DNA of 48,932 nt, from positions 1 through 48,932 of the IMG/VR virus record IMGVR_UViG_3300025534_000012, one strand, 5' to 3'. Below, piece by piece: positions 1-10,164 of the stretch. Origin of the DNA: a virus (lineage: Duplodnaviria; Caudoviricetes). The translations under genes were made by a program, and so were the position numbers. The notes under the pieces are model-generated. The model did not search any database. It was not told where the DNA came from and saw nothing but the letters and a program-made list of their open reading frames with translations. Numbering within the stretch: position 1 is the stretch's first letter; every line of letters begins with the position of its first letter.

Positions 1-446
1 AAGCTTAAATTATTTAAAATGAGTGTTGACCCTGCTAGTACAGTAAAGTTTGACATACTTTTAGTTTCAATCGGTTTATTTCGCGTAGGAATTGCTTGGC
101 TGTCTGCAAGTATACTCCCCGTTAGTTGAGTATTAAGCGTTTGATTCAATCGGTCATTCGTCGCTTGAATCTTCGACTCAATATCCGCGAGCTTCGTTAA
201 AACATCAACATCTTTCACCGCTTGCTCAGCCGGAAACGTAACATCAACCGGCAACTTGTTCTCGCTATCGATCGGATTACCGTTTTTATCGACTAGCGTA
301 ACATTAGGCTGATTGATAACTTTCGTATGAAGCGCGCCGTCCGAGCCCTTCGAATACTCGAAGTCGCCCATCGCGTCATTGTAGTGCTGTGGCGCAACCT
401 TACCGCCATTTGCCGTTTTTAAATTTCGTGTCTGCGGACTTGCCAT
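1..446 (-). CDS. tail-associated hypothetical protein (runs off the window edge)
   Basis: GGGGTG RBS and ATG at 446 (MASPQTRNLKTANGGKVAPQHYND...); open to the window end; lies in the tail cluster. Confidence 0.7.
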   Translation of the reverse strand, partial: MASPQTRNLKTANGGKVAPQHYNDAMGDFEYSKGSDGALHTKVINQPNVTLVDKNGNPIDSENKLPVDVTFPAEQAVKDVDVLTKLADIESKIQATNDRLNQTLNTQLTGSILADSQAIPTRNKPIETKSMSNFTVLAGSTLILNNLS

Positions 447-451
447 TCGTA

Positions 452-769
452 TCACCCCAAATCGATATTTATTGTCAGCGGAATAAAACCGTTATCCGGA
501 AACGTTTCCTTGCGCCCATCTGGAAACGTAACTTCAAATTCCGCTTTATACGCGCCAGCCACGCTTGTTGCTTCTTCGCTAAATACGTACCAAACAATGC
601 CGTTTGCCGCGTCTAATATTTCCGCAGGCGCGTCGATAACCACACGGTATGCCGCGTCGGCCATGATAAACCGAACCGCGCAATCGGTTAAATCGACAGG
701 CCCCGATTCACTCCGCGATAATTGCGCCTTTAACGGAATTTTCGAGTCGCCGCGCTTAATCGAAAACAT
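452..769 (-). CDS. BppU-like baseplate upper protein N-terminal domain
   Basis: MFSIKRGD...PVDLTDCAVRF...GAYKAEFEVTFPDGRKETFP is typical of BppU_N-like Ig-fold proteins. Confidence 0.7.
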   Translation of the reverse strand: MFSIKRGDSKIPLKAQLSRSESGPVDLTDCAVRFIMADAAYRVVIDAPAEILDAANGIVWYVFSEEATSVAGAYKAEFEVTFPDGRKETFPDNGFIPLTINIDLG

Positions 770-927
770 TACGGGCTCACGTCCTTATTATTTTCGTATA
801 CTTGCGTTGGGCTTACGAATGAGTATTCGGTATCCACGCGTGAGGGTAGCAGCATTACCAGTCGTGCTTCTTCGTTTACAACCGCTACAACACGCGATTC
901 ATCATTCAACACCGTTACTTGATTCAT
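769..927 (-). CDS. small hypothetical protein (52 aa)
   Basis: ATGA overlap with the upstream gene and TAATG overlap with the downstream gene; MNQVTVLNDESRVV... Confidence 0.55.
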   Translation of the reverse strand: MNQVTVLNDESRVVAVVNEEARLVMLLPSRVDTEYSFVSPTQVYENNKDVSP

Positions 928-1115
928 TCGCTTGCCCCGCTCTCCGTTTGCGGGATAACGGTTTTTACGTTTATTCGCGAAATGACCAAATCGCCGATTG
1001 CCACCGTATTCAAATCGTTATTGTTAAGCGCGTCATTTAATGTAGTCGGGTCGTAATTATCGGCGTTAACGGTATATTCCACGCCGTCATGCGTCGTAAC
1101 TAAAAGCGTCACCAC
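924..1115 (-). CDS. small tail-region hypothetical protein
   Basis: GAGGAGG RBS, 63 aa, translationally coupled. Confidence 0.65.
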   Translation of the reverse strand: MVTLLVTTHDGVEYTVNADNYDPTTLNDALNNNDLNTVAIGDLVISRINVKTVIPQTESGASE

Positions 1116-1128
1116 TTCGTATCCCTCC

Positions 1129-3063
1129 TCAATAGTTGCCGCCGCCGCGCGACTGAATAAATAGACGCGTCACCACGTTTGCCGTTACACGCCCGAGGTC
1201 GTTCGGCGTGATCGTTATCTCGTGCCACGTACCGCGCGTTACACGCCCGTCGGAATCTTTCGCGAGATATGGCGTGATGTCAACGCCGTCCTCGCTAAGT
1301 CCGAGCCCGCTTACCGTTGTGCCGTCGACTTTTACCGTTACGCTCGTTGGCTTTGGGCCAATGTAAATGCCGTAATCAATACCGTGCGTATGTGCGGGTA
1401 TCGTTACCGTGTGCGTGTGGTTCGGTATGGTCACGGAATGCGAGTGATCCGGTATGGTTACGTTATGGTTATGATCTGGTATTGTAACTCTATGCGTATG
1501 GCTCGGAATCGTGACGGAATGCGTATGGTTGCCACTGCTACCAGCGGTATATAAATCGTCGGGGCTGGCCGATAAGTCCACAAGGCGCCCGTTCGCGTCT
1601 GTGAATCGGTATGTGTTGACGGCACCGGATACGTTCGGGTTATATTTAAATACTAAATGTCGGTGATCGCCGCCGCTTGAGCTCGTTTGGGTAGTGTCCC
1701 CTCCACTAGACGTTGTTTGCGTTGTGCCGCCACCGCTTGTGGTCGTTTTCGTCGTTCCCCCGCCACTAGTCGTTGTCTGCGTTGTGCCGCCACCACTCGA
1801 GCTTGTTTGCGTTGAGCCACCGCCCGATTTCGTTGCTTTTGAATAGGCGCGAAACTCCGTTACTTCGTAGTTAAGCATTACGGAGTTAACGCGCACCGCA
1901 TCTTCCGGCACGTAGAACCGGATGGTCGCCGGATTGTTGGGGTCGCAGTTGTCCGAGTAATCGTTCGTATAGATATTTGTCGCGCCTTGCGCGTAGAGGT
2001 CGTTAATCAGTTGCCGTTCCGTTAGACTTGCGATTTCGTCCGCGATATTGTCGCTCTTATTCGCGAGTGTAATCGTTACGTCGCCGGGATTGCCTTCCAC
2101 GTCGGACTTCGATAAACCGACAATTCGCGTTTGAAAATGCTCGCCTGCTTCCGTATCATTCACGTCAACCATCGCGCCGATTTCGAATTTGTCGATGGAA
2201 TCTCCGGTGATACGATACAAGTCCGCGGCACTGACCGTATAAGTTACGCGAGGCGTTTTTAGGCCGTTTAAAAGCGCCTTTGAAGCGTTTAATAACTCCG
2301 TGGCATCTTCGTAGGACTTATCGCTAAATATGCGCGAAATAACGCCGTATGTGCCAATGGTGTCCGCGTCGATGTACGGTTTGCCGCCGTTGACTTTCTC
2401 GATGCCGAGCTGGTTGTCGCCGTCGCCGTAACCGAGCGCATACAACCGCGTGCATAATTGCGATGTGTCGATTTCTTTCGTGATGCCGCGTAAATTCTTG
2501 CCGTAGCGAATATAAGCGGACGGTGCATCGTCAAGCGCGATAAGGTTAAGCGTCCACGGGTAAACCGTTGTGTCCCACGTCCACATATACGCGTCAAGAA
2601 ACGGTTTTGTAATCGAGAATAGCGCCGACAAGACGTTTGTGTTCGACCAGTTGTACGAAAAATTGTACGAAAAGTCGACGCGGCCAACGACCCAATTCAA
2701 ATCGGACTGAAACGCGAGCAGCGACGAAATATTATCGTATGTCGTCAGGTTGTCGGTTTGGAAGCCGCGAAAAATAACCGTGTCGAGTAGCGTGCTGAGC
2801 ACGTGTTCGCATTGATACGTGATGAGTTTCGTATTTTCGTCGACCGCTTTGGTTGGCGTGATGATCCGAAACAAGTCGACGCGCTCGTCGCCGTCAAATA
2901 TTTCCGCATAATAAAACGGCTGACAAAACGCATTTTTTACGTCGTCAGCCGGTAAGGCGAAGGTTGCCGTCCAGACTTCGTTCAGCCGTTTGTCGTAACC
3001 GATGGATACGGCGTTTTCGATGATGGCGACTAGTTTGCGGTTTTGGTCGTAGATTTTAATTAT
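1129..3063 (-). CDS. tail spike / Tal-like phage tail protein
   Basis: YIRYGKNLRGI...TRLYALG prophage tail domain; frame extends to ATA at 3063 behind GGAGGTG, giving (M)IKIYDQNRKLVAIIENA. Confidence 0.8.
   Translation of the reverse strand: MIKIYDQNRKLVAIIENAVSIGYDKRLNEVWTATFALPADDVKNAFCQPFYYAEIFDGDERVDLFRIITPTKAVDENTKLITYQCEHVLSTLLDTVIFRGFQTDNLTTYDNISSLLAFQSDLNWVVGRVDFSYNFSYNWSNTNVLSALFSITKPFLDAYMWTWDTTVYPWTLNLIALDDAPSAYIRYGKNLRGITKEIDTSQLCTRLYALGYGDGDNQLGIEKVNGGKPYIDADTIGTYGVISRIFSDKSYEDATELLNASKALLNGLKTPRVTYTVSAADLYRITGDSIDKFEIGAMVDVNDTEAGEHFQTRIVGLSKSDVEGNPGDVTITLANKSDNIADEIASLTERQLINDLYAQGATNIYTNDYSDNCDPNNPATIRFYVPEDAVRVNSVMLNYEVTEFRAYSKATKSGGGSTQTSSSGGGTTQTTTSGGGTTKTTTSGGGTTQTTSSGGDTTQTSSSGGDHRHLVFKYNPNVSGAVNTYRFTDANGRLVDLSASPDDLYTAGSSGNHTHSVTIPSHTHRVTIPDHNHNVTIPDHSHSVTIPNHTHTVTIPAHTHGIDYGIYIGPKPTSVTVKVDGTTVSGLGLSEDGVDITPYLAKDSDGRVTRGTWHEITITPNDLGRVTANVVTRLFIQSRGGGNY
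1383..1830 (-). repeat. intragenic tandem repeats: 30-nt (S/T)SGGGTTQTT units and 27-nt HxHxVTIPx units
   Basis: Visible directly in the translation. Confidence 0.85.
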
Positions 3064-3084
3064 ACGGAATCACCTCCATGCCAT

Positions 3085-4680
3085 TTAAACTTTTGCGATT
3101 TCAATATTCACAGTGTTAACTGTTACACTCCCCGCGCTTGTTTGTTGTATATAAAAGTCATAACTAAATCCACTTTGCAAATAGACCAATCTTGAAAAAT
3201 TGAGTACTTGTTGTCCTGTGCCGCCACCTATTGGTTGTTTATAAGTGCCATTCTCATACAGTCTTAAATAAGCATTATTTGGTACTTGGGCAGCAAATGT
3301 GATATAAGCTGTTATGAGGTAAAGACCTGACTCTTTTGCAATAAATGTACTGCTTGAAAGTTCCCTATTTATGTCAATGGTTACTGTATCAAAAGAAACA
3401 CGGTAATCTTGGTTTGGGTCCGCAGTGATTGTAGATGATCTTCTTGCAGCTATCTTCGTAGGGAGGGTATGCCTTTCCATGCCTTTTAGATGCTTAAGGT
3501 CTGCACCAAAGGTTAGGCCAATGCCGTACTTTCCTTCTTTACTTATGCCCGAATAAAACACATAGTATATGCCGTTGAATTTAGTAACTCCAGTTCTATA
3601 AATACCTTTATTATCCCACGTAAATTCCTGTTTTGAGGGTGTTAAAATTTTTGTGGCCATTGAATACGTTATATTGTCATTTGATACGCTATAATACAAC
3701 GGCATTATTTGTCTATTGTTTTTATCAGGCGTCGCAACAATAAATAATTCGTACCCAACATCCGTGTGAATACAATCGATGTGCCACCCATAGACATTAT
3801 CTTCATACGTGATATTGAGATTCCTATAGGTACTCCATGTTGATCCGCCGTCAGAGCTTTCTGTATACCATATAGACCAGTTTGCCACAAACCACATTTT
3901 ATAGACGCCATTTTCATATATAATAGCAGGACTAACAAAATCCTGTACGCTTCTTGTTGCCGAAATAAACGTGTCGGTAGTCGAAAAAGTAACCCCATCC
4001 GTTGATGTCTTTCTATAAATATAGACTTTGTCTGCGACATCATCGACATATCGCCAAAATAGTTCCAAACGATTCAGATCAGGATTATAAAGCAAGTGAG
4101 TATCTGAATTATATTGCTTCGATGGGTCACTTCCGGCTGGTGTATTGATTGGGTTTGTTAATCCAGTTGGTTTCACCCAATTTATCATATCGTTACTGGC
4201 TAATATATGTGGGTTTTCTTTTGATTGGTCTGCATTCGGATACGGAGTGAAAGCCATCCAATATTTATAACCATTCCACGCAGTGTCAAACATTACAACT
4301 TTAGGATGATAAGCTTCGTTATCGCCATATGCACTAATCAAATTAAGTTTTACTTGAGCATTTTTATAACTAATGGCCGACAAACTAGCCGCATTGTCAG
4401 CTAGCCGCGCGTCGCTATCATCCAATCGTGCTTTTAACGTTGTGAACGTCGTACCATTCGCCGCAACCCTAGCCTGCGCTGCCTCAACGGATGAGTCACC
4501 GTTAATCACAATCGTATCTAGTTGCGTTTGCGTGTTTTCCGAGTTTACTAACGCTTGGTCAGCCGTTGACTTCGCATCATTTGCCGTTGTTATCGCTTCG
4601 TTTGATTGGTCGATTGCCGCGTTTATTTTATCGGTGCCTTGGCGTAGCGTATCGGAATAGTTGATATGTCCTACCGCCAT
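3085..4680 (-). CDS. receptor-binding/baseplate protein with a glycoside-hydrolase-like beta-propeller and C-terminal beta-sandwich
   Basis: Coiled-coil N-terminus (GDSSVEAAQARV); HPKVV...YWMAFTPYP...ENP and Asp-box-like SxDG motifs; C-terminal part is AT-rich. Confidence 0.65.
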   Translation of the reverse strand: MAVGHINYSDTLRQGTDKINAAIDQSNEAITTANDAKSTADQALVNSENTQTQLDTIVINGDSSVEAAQARVAANGTTFTTLKARLDDSDARLADNAASLSAISYKNAQVKLNLISAYGDNEAYHPKVVMFDTAWNGYKYWMAFTPYPNADQSKENPHILASNDMINWVKPTGLTNPINTPAGSDPSKQYNSDTHLLYNPDLNRLELFWRYVDDVADKVYIYRKTSTDGVTFSTTDTFISATRSVQDFVSPAIIYENGVYKMWFVANWSIWYTESSDGGSTWSTYRNLNITYEDNVYGWHIDCIHTDVGYELFIVATPDKNNRQIMPLYYSVSNDNITYSMATKILTPSKQEFTWDNKGIYRTGVTKFNGIYYVFYSGISKEGKYGIGLTFGADLKHLKGMERHTLPTKIAARRSSTITADPNQDYRVSFDTVTIDINRELSSSTFIAKESGLYLITAYITFAAQVPNNAYLRLYENGTYKQPIGGGTGQQVLNFSRLVYLQSGFSYDFYIQQTSAGSVTVNTVNIEIAKV

Positions 4681-4692
4681 TGAGCCGCCTCC

Positions 4693-5565
4693 TTACAAGT
4701 ATTTAAAGGGAAACTTAACCGTGAGATTAAAATTCAACCCGCTACCGTCGATTCGTACGTCATTATCCCCGGGCAGCAATTCTAAAAAATCGCCGCTAAA
4801 ATCGTTCATTTTGCTAATTTCCGTCCAGTTTGATGGAAGTTCCGCGGGAAAATTCGGTGCCAAAAAGTATTGATCGTATTCCGTTAACTCAACTTGAAAA
4901 ACGAAATAACGTTCCCCGTCGATATACCACGATTTATTCGTAAAACTCGGCAAAGTAAACGATTTACCGTTCGCGTTTATCGTAAGCGTACTGGCGCTTC
5001 CGGTAATAATAAACGTGGGGCGCGTATTCATGCCAGCGTTTGATACGGTTATAGTTTGCGGATACTGTACCAATTTAACGTCGCTCGTGCCTGTTAACCC
5101 CATCGTATACCTCGCCTGAAACGTTATCGCTTCGCTTCCCCACGTTAATTCCGTGCTATCAACGATTGACCTCGCGTATGGGTCGGCGCAAAGAAACGTA
5201 AGCGTTGCCGTGCCGAACGTTACTAACTCGCTTAGCACGGTGTCACCGGTCAGTCGCGCCAAGTAATATTTGTCGGGCTCATCGTCAAAAACGAGTTGCT
5301 TCGGTTTTCGGTCATCCGGTAGCAGCCACGCCGCCACATCGCGCACGAGGTCACGGTATTCTTGCGGGCTATTCGCGAGTAGCGTCACTTGCACCGGAAT
5401 TTCGCGCACACCGAGTTCATAACCGTAGTCCCACGCGCCAGCCCGTCCGGGCACCGTCAGCAACTTCGGTGCGATCGGAGGGGCGATTTGGCGTTCTTTT
5501 GCGTTGACAATGAAAAAGCCAGCGCTATGCTGGCCGTTAAACGTAAATCCGTTAGTATTCGCCAT
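4693..5565 (-). CDS. distal tail protein (Dit)
   Basis: FTFNGQHS...VPGRAGA...LVFDDEPDKYYLAR...FLCADPY; directly follows the tape measure gene. Confidence 0.85.
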   Translation of the reverse strand: MANTNGFTFNGQHSAGFFIVNAKERQIAPPIAPKLLTVPGRAGAWDYGYELGVREIPVQVTLLANSPQEYRDLVRDVAAWLLPDDRKPKQLVFDDEPDKYYLARLTGDTVLSELVTFGTATLTFLCADPYARSIVDSTELTWGSEAITFQARYTMGLTGTSDVKLVQYPQTITVSNAGMNTRPTFIITGSASTLTINANGKSFTLPSFTNKSWYIDGERYFVFQVELTEYDQYFLAPNFPAELPSNWTEISKMNDFSGDFLELLPGDNDVRIDGSGLNFNLTVKFPFKYL

Positions 5566-8421
5566 CTATACGATGCCCCTCCTTCGTTTCGTTTCGCGAA
5601 CGGTTGCGCCTTGGGCGCGCGACACCGATGGCTCGATTTGCTTGCCGTCAAGCATAACGACAATATCGCCGCCCGATTCGCGGATAGCCCGTTCGATTGC
5701 CGCGAGTAATGCGTTGGTTTCCGTAAAGTCGGCGCTGGCCTGCGGTAATTGCGCGTTTTTAATCCACCGGAATAAATTCGCTTGTTGGCCTTCCGTCAGA
5801 ATCATTTCGTTGCCGAGAACCCGTATATCCCTTTCGGTGAACATTGGCGGCGTCCAATCGAACGCAGGCGAGCCGCCTTCGTGATATTTCGGCAATTCGA
5901 ACGCGTTAGGACGTACAGGTCCGCCTTGATGACGATTGCGTACCATATCGTTGTACGCCTTCGTGCTGTTTACGAGAAACCGTTGTTGGTCGACCGTTAA
6001 ATGAACGGTTTTGAATACGGCTTTCTTGAGGTCATCGTCGATTTTTACGATAGATGGGTCGGTTTTAATCTTAACTTCTTTATAAATAGTTTTGCCTGCG
6101 ATGTCATTCATTTCGCGTAATTCGCCTTGTGCCGTTTTAATCCGCTTAATCTGATCGTCGATTTTTTCAACTTGGGTTTCGTATTCTTCCGTATTTAATT
6201 TTCCTTGCGAATGAAGCAGGCCGAGCTTCGACTTTTGATCTTCGAGTTTATCGAGTTGCTTTTGTAAAACTTGAAGGCCTTTGCCGCGCTCCGAAGTCAA
6301 CCCGACGCTCGATAGAATTAACTGTTCATAAGTCGCCTTTGTTTTTTCAAGCTCCGCAATATCCTTTCGCGTTGTTTCTAATTCTTTTTGTTTTCCGATG
6401 ATTTTATTTTGAATCGTTTGAAGTGCTTTACGTTCTGTTTCAAGCTGCGCTTCTGCTGCGCGTTTCGACAAAAAGGCTTGGTTTGCTAAACTTTGCTCTT
6501 TTTCATTTTGAGAATCCTTATATTTGTTTATTGTTTCATTTGCTTTTGCAATAGTATCTTCATGCTTGCGTATATTATCGACGATACCCTCTCTATCTTT
6601 TTCTAAAGATTGTATCTCAGAAATTAAATCCTTTTCTTTCGCGAGTTTATCGTCAATACTATTCAAAAGCTCTATAAACTTCCCTTTTGTTTGTGCTTGA
6701 AGTAATTCATACTTCGCCTGCGCTGCCTTTTTAGCAGAATCAGCGTTTTTCGCAAGTGCATTACCTTCCGCGGATATGGCGCGTTCAGTTTCCGGTGACG
6801 CTTCGATAATCTTCTTGTTTGCGTCAAGAAATTTCTGCAATTGGTCGTGCGACAATCCGCTTTTCTTTTCGAGTTCGGCCATTTCGTCTTTAAGCGCCTT
6901 AATTTTGGACGGGTCGGTTGTTTTTTGTAACTCGCTTTGGATGTCCATGTAACGCAGTAATTCGGCATTTGTTAACGCGTTTTTATTCCGCAGTTCTTCA
7001 AACGTGTTCACTGCGTCATCTATTGTTTTAACTTGGCTTTGTGTTGCCTTTATGGTTTCAATTGTAACCTCATTGGTTTTCGACATTGAACTACGCAAGC
7101 CAACGAATAACCCCGTTAATAACGATATAGCCGTAATGGCCGCGCCAACTGGTGTTAATGCGAAAGCCCGTAATGCCAACGATATTTTCGTTATCGCGGT
7201 CAATAATAAGCCAACACCCGCCGCAGCCCCAGCCGCTTCCAAACCGGTTGTGATTAACGCAGGGTTTAACTTACTTAGCCACTCGATAAAGTCCGTCGCG
7301 CCGTCGATAATTTTACGGAAAGTCGGTAAGAATTCTTCGCCTATTTCGATGCTGAGCGTTTCGAGCGCGCCTCTAAATTCTTCAAACGATCCTTTCAACG
7401 AGTCCATTTTCGTTTTCGCCACGTCAACAGCTTTTACTTTCGACATTTCCTTCCACATTTGGTTGACGCCGTCGGCTCCGGCACGAAACATAATATTCGC
7501 AGCACGCACGGCATCCGTTCCGAAAAGGATTTGTAGCGTTGCTTGACGTTGCTCGTTCGATAAGTTTTTCAATTTATCGTGAAGAATCCCGGAAATTTCC
7601 GCAAAAGACTTTAGCTTACCGTTAGCGTCGTAAAAAATATTCGCGCCATCTTTCGTTACGAGCCCGAGTTCTTTGAACAGTTCTTTTTGTTGCTTTGTTT
7701 GCGGAATCAAATTGAGCAACATCGTTTTTAGCGAAGTACCAGCATCCGAACCACGTAACCCATATTGCGCGAAAAGCGCCAACGCGGTAGACGTATCTCT
7801 AAACGTCATGCCCATTCCGCTAGCAACCGCCGACGCTTGCGACAAGCCCATCGCCATTTCTTTTACGTCCGTGGCCGAAGCGTTGGCCGCGCCCGAAAGT
7901 ATATCGGCTGCGTCCGCCACTTTTAGATGATCGTCACGAAACGCATTCAACGCGGTACTTGCGACTTGGGCCGCGTCGGCTAACGAAAGCTCGCCGGCTG
8001 TTGCGAGGTTTAGTGCGCCTTCAAGGCCGCCGTTGAGGATGTCGGTCAGCGAAACGCCGGCTTTGATAAGCTCCTCGATGCCTTCGGCTGCTTCGGCTGC
8101 GCTATATTTCGTTTTGGCGCCCATTTCGATCGCGAGGTCGTGAATCTTCGCCATTTCTTCGGTTGTTGCCCCGGAAACCGCTTTGATGTCCTGCAATTTT
8201 TGCTCAAAGTCAGCCGCCATTTTTACGGTTCCGCCGATAGCCGTCGCAACCGCTCCACCAACAACTAGACTCGCTTTTTGAATCGCTTTAATATCTTTCG
8301 AAACCTTTTTCGCTTTGTCGCCGAGTTCGCCCGCTTTTTTCTTGGATTCATCAATCTTGCGCATGAACTCGACGTTGTTGAGCGTTACCCTCGCCCTTAT
8401 TTCGCCCACATCCGTTGCCAC
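5566..8421 (-). CDS. tail tape measure protein
   Basis: TP901-type core (AADFEQ...TKYSAAEAA...GSDAGTSLKT), long coiled coil, 951 aa. Confidence 0.92.
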   Translation of the reverse strand: MATDVGEIRARVTLNNVEFMRKIDESKKKAGELGDKAKKVSKDIKAIQKASLVVGGAVATAIGGTVKMAADFEQKLQDIKAVSGATTEEMAKIHDLAIEMGAKTKYSAAEAAEGIEELIKAGVSLTDILNGGLEGALNLATAGELSLADAAQVASTALNAFRDDHLKVADAADILSGAANASATDVKEMAMGLSQASAVASGMGMTFRDTSTALALFAQYGLRGSDAGTSLKTMLLNLIPQTKQQKELFKELGLVTKDGANIFYDANGKLKSFAEISGILHDKLKNLSNEQRQATLQILFGTDAVRAANIMFRAGADGVNQMWKEMSKVKAVDVAKTKMDSLKGSFEEFRGALETLSIEIGEEFLPTFRKIIDGATDFIEWLSKLNPALITTGLEAAGAAAGVGLLLTAITKISLALRAFALTPVGAAITAISLLTGLFVGLRSSMSKTNEVTIETIKATQSQVKTIDDAVNTFEELRNKNALTNAELLRYMDIQSELQKTTDPSKIKALKDEMAELEKKSGLSHDQLQKFLDANKKIIEASPETERAISAEGNALAKNADSAKKAAQAKYELLQAQTKGKFIELLNSIDDKLAKEKDLISEIQSLEKDREGIVDNIRKHEDTIAKANETINKYKDSQNEKEQSLANQAFLSKRAAEAQLETERKALQTIQNKIIGKQKELETTRKDIAELEKTKATYEQLILSSVGLTSERGKGLQVLQKQLDKLEDQKSKLGLLHSQGKLNTEEYETQVEKIDDQIKRIKTAQGELREMNDIAGKTIYKEVKIKTDPSIVKIDDDLKKAVFKTVHLTVDQQRFLVNSTKAYNDMVRNRHQGGPVRPNAFELPKYHEGGSPAFDWTPPMFTERDIRVLGNEMILTEGQQANLFRWIKNAQLPQASADFTETNALLAAIERAIRESGGDIVVMLDGKQIEPSVSRAQGATVRETKRRRGIV

Positions 8422-8437
8422 TTTGCCCCGCCTCCTT

Positions 8438-8818
8438 TCACGCTCTATTCGCGCCTTTTGCCGTCAACGCGCGCAACCGCTCGAACGCGGCACGATCGAA
8501 TTTGTTGCCGTTGTTAACGACTGCGCCCGTTTCACGAATAAGGTCGTTAATCATACGTTTTGCATCTTTTTCTTCGTAACGGCCAAACGCGATCTGCATG
8601 TCTTGAATACGCTCCAAACGCTCCATCGCGCGCCGCTTCCGCAATCTATCGATAATGGCCGGTAAATCGACCATGTAATATTCGTTTTCCAATACAGTTT
8701 GTGAAACGCCGAGCGTTACCGCAGCGTCGCGTACATAATCGTCCAGTGTATACGTAAAGCCTTCCGCCGGTTCGGGGTCTGCTGCGCCTACTTCGACAGA
8801 AGGCTTTTTACGTTTTTT
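8438..8818 (-). CDS. tail assembly chaperone -1 frameshift extension (gpGT-like)
   Basis: The -1 frame is open from the slippery A AAA AAC at 8818-8812 to the stop at 8438. Confidence 0.75.
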   Translation of the reverse strand, partial: KKRKKPSVEVGAADPEPAEGFTYTLDDYVRDAAVTLGVSQTVLENEYYMVDLPAIIDRLRKRRAMERLERIQDMQIAFGRYEEKDAKRMINDLIRETGAVVNNGNKFDRAAFERLRALTAKGANRA

Positions 8819-9147
8819 AACGCGGTTGAAAAATCGTTATGTTTTATCATTTCAACTAAGTAATTCGTTATTTGCGTAAGACTTGCGTTTTCATCAATGT
8901 ATTTTTCGTCAATCTCGGATAAAACCGCGACAACCTTAACGACTTCGCTCATAAATTCGTTGACAACGGCGAGCATATATGTTGCCGGGTCTTCACTTTT
9001 CATCGCGGTAAAAATATGCATCGCTAATAACGGGATAACGTTTGTGACTTCGTTCAGTTTCCGGAATTTTGCCGGTGTTAGTTTGCCGACCTTTGCGGGC
9101 TTGTCGCCGAGCATTACGGAATCTGTTCGACTAAACAAAAGACCCAT
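8788..9147 (-). CDS. tail assembly chaperone (gpG-like)
   Basis: Between tail tube and tape measure genes; slippery site near the 3' end. Confidence 0.75.
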   Translation of the reverse strand: MGLLFSRTDSVMLGDKPAKVGKLTPAKFRKLNEVTNVIPLLAMHIFTAMKSEDPATYMLAVVNEFMSEVVKVVAVLSEIDEKYIDENASLTQITNYLVEMIKHNDFSTALKNVKSLLSK

Positions 9148-9167
9148 ATTGCGCCTCCTTCGCGAAA

Positions 9168-9190
9168 TTTAAAGCGGGCCGAAGCCCGCC
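9168..9190 (-). terminator. intrinsic terminator/attenuator after the tail tube gene
   Basis: GCGGGC-TTCG-GCCCGC followed by TTTAAATTT. Confidence 0.65.
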
Positions 9191-9195
9191 GTACA

Positions 9196-9726
9196 TTATG
9201 CGTTTGCTGATTCGTCACCGAGGATATAAAGCAATCCGTTGGAATCCGGATAGCCGCGGAATGTAATATTGTAAACACGCTCATTATCGCTATCAAACGT
9301 GAGCTCCGGATCAGTTACAGGCGCAGCCAACGGAATCGTAATCCAGTCGTTTGGTGTGCTGTTCGGGTCAGTCGGCTTAATAACGAGTTTGTCGGCCGCA
9401 TTGATTAAATCAAAACCGGAGTTTGCGTTAACCTCGAGTTTCTTTTTATTCGGGTCGGATGAATCCGTAATAAGCGTCGAGTTTGGAATAGCCTTTGCAA
9501 GTTTGTCGAGGTCATGCAACGCAAAAGGAATTGTCACTTGGCATGTTACGCCTTTGATGATGGATTTAACCGGCGTGTCGCCGTATTGATCGACAGTTAC
9601 ATCTTGCGTCGATGTCGACGCTTGAAACTGAATACCGCCTTTGGTGATGTCGAAAACAATCGGGTTAGTCGTACCGTACTCAACCGTTGCCGGTCCGATT
9701 GGTACATTTACCGTATTTGCTGGCAA
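9196..9726 (-). CDS. major tail (tube) protein
   Basis: TKGGIQF...VTVDQYGDTPV...ERVYNITFRGYPD; position in the tail cluster. Confidence 0.8.
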   Translation of the reverse strand: MPANTVNVPIGPATVEYGTTNPIVFDITKGGIQFQASTSTQDVTVDQYGDTPVKSIIKGVTCQVTIPFALHDLDKLAKAIPNSTLITDSSDPNKKKLEVNANSGFDLINAADKLVIKPTDPNSTPNDWITIPLAAPVTDPELTFDSDNERVYNITFRGYPDSNGLLYILGDESANA

Positions 9727-9768
9727 TCTTTCGTCCCCCTTTTCGGAATTTAAAAACGCCGCCGACCG

Positions 9769-10164
9769 TTACGGTCGAACGACGCACGTAAAATTCATTG
9801 AGTATATTGGTAAACCGTTATCATCATCGCCGATATAAATCGGTGCGCTATTATTCGCGCGAATGATAACGACGGAATCATTTCCTATCGTTACATTTTC
9901 GATATTTGTCAACGCTTCGTATATCTCGTATGCCTTCGCCTCACAGCCGGGAATATCAACCATACCGTTAGCATCGTGGCCACCGCGCACCATAATCTGA
10001 AATGATGGCCGTTTAGTACCGAGATCGCTCGGCGGAAATCCGCCCGTTAACTTTACCGTCGCGCAAAATTCCGGCACGTACTCGCTAGGCAACGGAAAGC
10101 TGTTCGGATAATAGTCGAAAGGGACTCGCGAGTTTACGAAGTGTATAAGGTCGAGTATTTTCAA
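9769..10164 (-). CDS. tail terminator / minor capsid family protein
   Basis: PSFQIMVRG...PIYIGDDDNGLPIYSMNF. Confidence 0.7.
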   Translation of the reverse strand: MKILDLIHFVNSRVPFDYYPNSFPLPSEYVPEFCATVKLTGGFPPSDLGTKRPSFQIMVRGGHDANGMVDIPGCEAKAYEIYEALTNIENVTIGNDSVVIIRANNSAPIYIGDDDNGLPIYSMNFTCVVRP

